A DNA stretch of 64,000 nucleotides, from positions 5,102-69,101 of the forward strand of contig CAZXUC010000016.1 in NCBI GenBank assembly GCA_964643795.1. Reading direction: 5' to 3'. Numbering within the stretch: the first letter of the stretch is position 1; the number at the start of each line of letters is the position of its first letter. A program made the translations under genes and the position numbers. A model generated the notes under the pieces. It had not been told where the DNA came from and ran no database searches. It was given only the letters and a program-made list of their open reading frames with translations. Origin of the DNA: an uncultured Halobacteriales archaeon. GTDB lineage: Archaea; Thermoplasmatota; E2; JACPAO01; JAHFTW01. Of the stretch, positions 62,129-64,000 are shown piece by piece.

Positions 62129-63010
62129 ATGGGCCGCTTGAATCGCTTCCTCGTGCGCCTTGAATCGGCTGCGACCTGGACCCATCGCCGCCGCGCGCTT
62201 CGCGTCCCTGCCCGTATCCTCGGATTGGGCATCCTGCACAACGTGGTCCGGCGCCGCCTCTTTCGCCCCTACGTCCGCGACCTCACCGTCAACGGCGGTC
62301 CAATCCGCCTGCGCATCTCGTCCCCAATCGCTGAGCAATGGTATGGCCACGGCATCCCTGAAGGCGCTGCGACCCGCGCCTTCCTCTCGCTGCTTAGCCC
62401 AGGCCAACGCGTCGCCGATGTGGGGGCCCATCACGGGGTGTACTCCGTCCTCGCCGCAAAGGCCGTCGGAGCCGATGGAAAGATCCTGGCCATGGAACCG
62501 CATCCAACGAACGTATCCGTGCTGCGCGAGAACGTCGCTTTGAACGGCCTGGAAAATGTCGTTGTCCTTGATGCTGCGGCCGGCGCAACGAAGGGAATGG
62601 CGTCGTTCCACGATGCCACGAACGGCCGCGTCAGGCCGGACGGGTCCACTGGCACCATCGCCGTGCCGGTCGTGCCGCTCGACGAGGCGAAGTCGGACGT
62701 GGGGTGGGACGGCGTCGACGTTCTGAAGATTGACGTCGAGGGCTTCGAGGGTGAAGTCTTGGCTGGCGCGAGGGTTTGCCTCGAAAGCAAACCCCGCATA
62801 TTTCTGGAGGTCCATCCGGTCTTCTTGGCGGCGCGGGGCAAACGCCCCATCGATGTCCTGGCGCCCTTGGGGGCCGCAGGCTACGTGTTGTGGGTGGGCG
62901 GCAAGGGCGGGAGCGACCAATTCGTGCGGTGGACCGGTCAGGAAGTCAATGGGGAAGCGGTCCCATTCATCGCCGTGCCGGCAGACGACGCGTGGCGTCC
63001 GCCCGAGTAA
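62129..63010 (+). CDS. FkbM-family SAM-dependent methyltransferase
   Basis: VADVGAHHGVYS, ILAMEPHP.N...L..N..LN, LKIDVEGFEGEVLAGA, IFLEVH. Confidence 0.9.
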   Translation: MGRLNRFLVRLESAATWTHRRRALRVPARILGLGILHNVVRRRLFRPYVRDLTVNGGPIRLRISSPIAEQWYGHGIPEGAATRAFLSLLSPGQRVADVGAHHGVYSVLAAKAVGADGKILAMEPHPTNVSVLRENVALNGLENVVVLDAAAGATKGMASFHDATNGRVRPDGSTGTIAVPVVPLDEAKSDVGWDGVDVLKIDVEGFEGEVLAGARVCLESKPRIFLEVHPVFLAARGKRPIDVLAPLGAAGYVLWVGGKGGSDQFVRWTGQEVNGEAVPFIAVPADDAWRPPE

Positions 63011-63017
63011 CTGCCCA

Positions 63018-63067
63018 GTCGCAGAATACACAGAACACGCTTCTGTGATTTCTGTGCGTTCTGCGAC
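63018..63067. repeat. imperfect palindrome between convergent fkbM-like and pyrE genes (REP-like or terminator)
   Basis: GTCGCAGAATACACAGAA ... TTCTGTGCGTTCTGCGAC, an 18-bp stem with 2 mismatches and 9-bp internal period. Confidence 0.8.
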
Positions 63068-63088
63068 CCGTCGGGTCGGAACCCCGGT

Positions 63089-63637
63089 CTACGCGATGGC
63101 CTTGCGGCCTTCCGGCGTCTCCAAGAGTTGCGACACGTTCGACAAGGCGTGCAATTCAACGTCCACGGCCTTCAACGCGGCTACGGCGCCCGATTCGCGG
63201 TCGACGACGACGGCCGCGTGGGCGACCTTGGCTCCGGCTTCGCGTAGGATCTTGACGGCTTCAACCGTCGAGGCGCCTGAAGTGGTGACATCCTCGACGA
63301 CGAAGACGCGCAAGCCGCGAGTCTCCTTTCCCTCGATGCGTTTGCCCGTGCCGTGCTTGCGCTCCGTCTTGCGGATGATCAGCATGGGCAGATTGCTTTC
63401 TAGGCTAACAGCCGTCGCAAGTGGGACCGCGCCAAGTTCCATTCCGGCCACCGCGTGGAACGGGCCGTGACGAGCCACGAGTTGCGCCATGCTGTGGGCA
63501 ATGACGCGCAACGTCTCGGGGTCCGTGGATGCCGCCTTGACGTCGACGTAGTACTTCGACTTGGCACCGGAGGTGAGCGTGAAGTCGCCGAACTTGACGG
63601 CGCCGCAAGCAAGGAGGCGGTCGGCGATGGAGGCCAT
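63089..63637 (-). CDS. pyrE: orotate phosphoribosyltransferase
   Basis: FGDFTLTSGAKSKYYVD, GMELGAVPLA, IRKTERKHGT, VVEDVTTSGAS (PRPP motif), VVDRESG. Confidence 0.96.
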   Translation of the reverse strand: MASIADRLLACGAVKFGDFTLTSGAKSKYYVDVKAASTDPETLRVIAHSMAQLVARHGPFHAVAGMELGAVPLATAVSLESNLPMLIIRKTERKHGTGKRIEGKETRGLRVFVVEDVTTSGASTVEAVKILREAGAKVAHAAVVVDRESGAVAALKAVDVELHALSNVSQLLETPEGRKAIA

Positions 63638-63660
63638 GGTGGGGCCGACACCGCCGGTGG

Positions 63661-63673
63661 TTGAAAAGGGGGT
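63661..63673 (-). promoter_or_regulatory. TATA-like promoter of pyrE
   Basis: ACCCCCTTTTCAA ending 24 nt before ATG 63637. Confidence 0.6.
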
Positions 63674-63698
63674 GCGTCAGGGGGGACTGCCGCGGCTC

Positions 63699-63998
63699 TC
63701 ACACCACAATCTGGCTGCCCGACGCGTAGTGCGCGTTGACTTCGCCTACGCCGCCGCAGTCAGTCAAAAGGCCATAGACCGCACCCGTGGGCACCGTGCC
63801 AGTGAAGCCGCGGTCGCCCGACAATGTGGAGCCGACCGGGTCGCCGGCGGCCGTGTAGAACGCCATGACGAGAAGGGTCGCGACCGGATTCGAGCTGTCG
63901 CCCGTCACTTTGAGGTCAAGGCCGATGGTCGCGGCGTCCACCACAAATTCGGCCCAAACGAGGCCGTTGAACGGCGAGTCCCAGGCGGGGACCTTGAG
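63699..63998 (-). CDS. 3' end of a hypothetical beta-rich (probably secreted) protein running off the right edge
   Basis: The frame is open from the window edge: LKVPAWDSPFNGLVWAEFVVDAATIG...GSQIVV-stop. Confidence 0.6.
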   Translation of the reverse strand, partial: LKVPAWDSPFNGLVWAEFVVDAATIGLDLKVTGDSSNPVATLLVMAFYTAAGDPVGSTLSGDRGFTGTVPTGAVYGLLTDCGGVGEVNAHYASGSQIVV

Positions 63999-64000
63999 GG

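Noticed and set aside
49887-62241. Upstream ORF extensions given by the track (panE from 49887, 51153-52256, 56068, 57291, purD to 62241, guaAB to 53505)
   Set aside because: They overlap neighbouring genes or promoters. Overlap coupling and the 24-nt TATA spacing support the shorter starts.
1-64000. tRNA, rRNA, SRP or RNase P genes
   Set aside because: No T-loop GTTC(G/A)A(A/G/T)TC cloverleaf, rRNA-like tract or RNase P/SRP signature was recognised in the intergenic regions inspected by eye. A tRNAscan-SE or Infernal run would be decisive.

Overview
High-GC archaeal DNA, most likely Thermoplasmatota. This is an inference from the split GMP synthase B subunit, GPN-loop GTPase, PGF-CTERM-like sorting tails, a COG3398-type membrane-bound wHTH regulator and TATA-like boxes about 24 nt before start codons. 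The window has three parts. (1) 506-43754, minus strand: one translationally coupled operon of about 43 kb and 11 genes. Six large cell-surface proteins (1278, 814, 3909, 3494, 1304 and 2156 aa) are followed by a DUF4350-like protein, a MoxR AAA+ ATPase, a DUF58/vWA protein and two membrane proteins. (2) About 43900-47560: a small, partly eroded defence-like island. Its intact core is a MORC/GHKL ATPase fused to a ribbon-helix-helix and an MNT nucleotidyltransferase, followed by a HEPN gene. A frameshifted third gene and an IS701 remnant flank it. (3) 47563-64000: mostly housekeeping genes (wHTH regulator, degenerate thiI, panE, DUF998-like, guaAB, class V aminotransferase, CinA-like, GPN GTPase, an unusually extended purD, FkbM-like methyltransferase, pyrE). 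This part also carries a bacterial-style type III PKS plus ICMT-family methyltransferase pair and a dispersed family of 9-bp-periodic, REP-like palindromes. No rRNA, tRNA or CRISPR array was recognised. All family assignments are from motif recognition by eye, not database searches.
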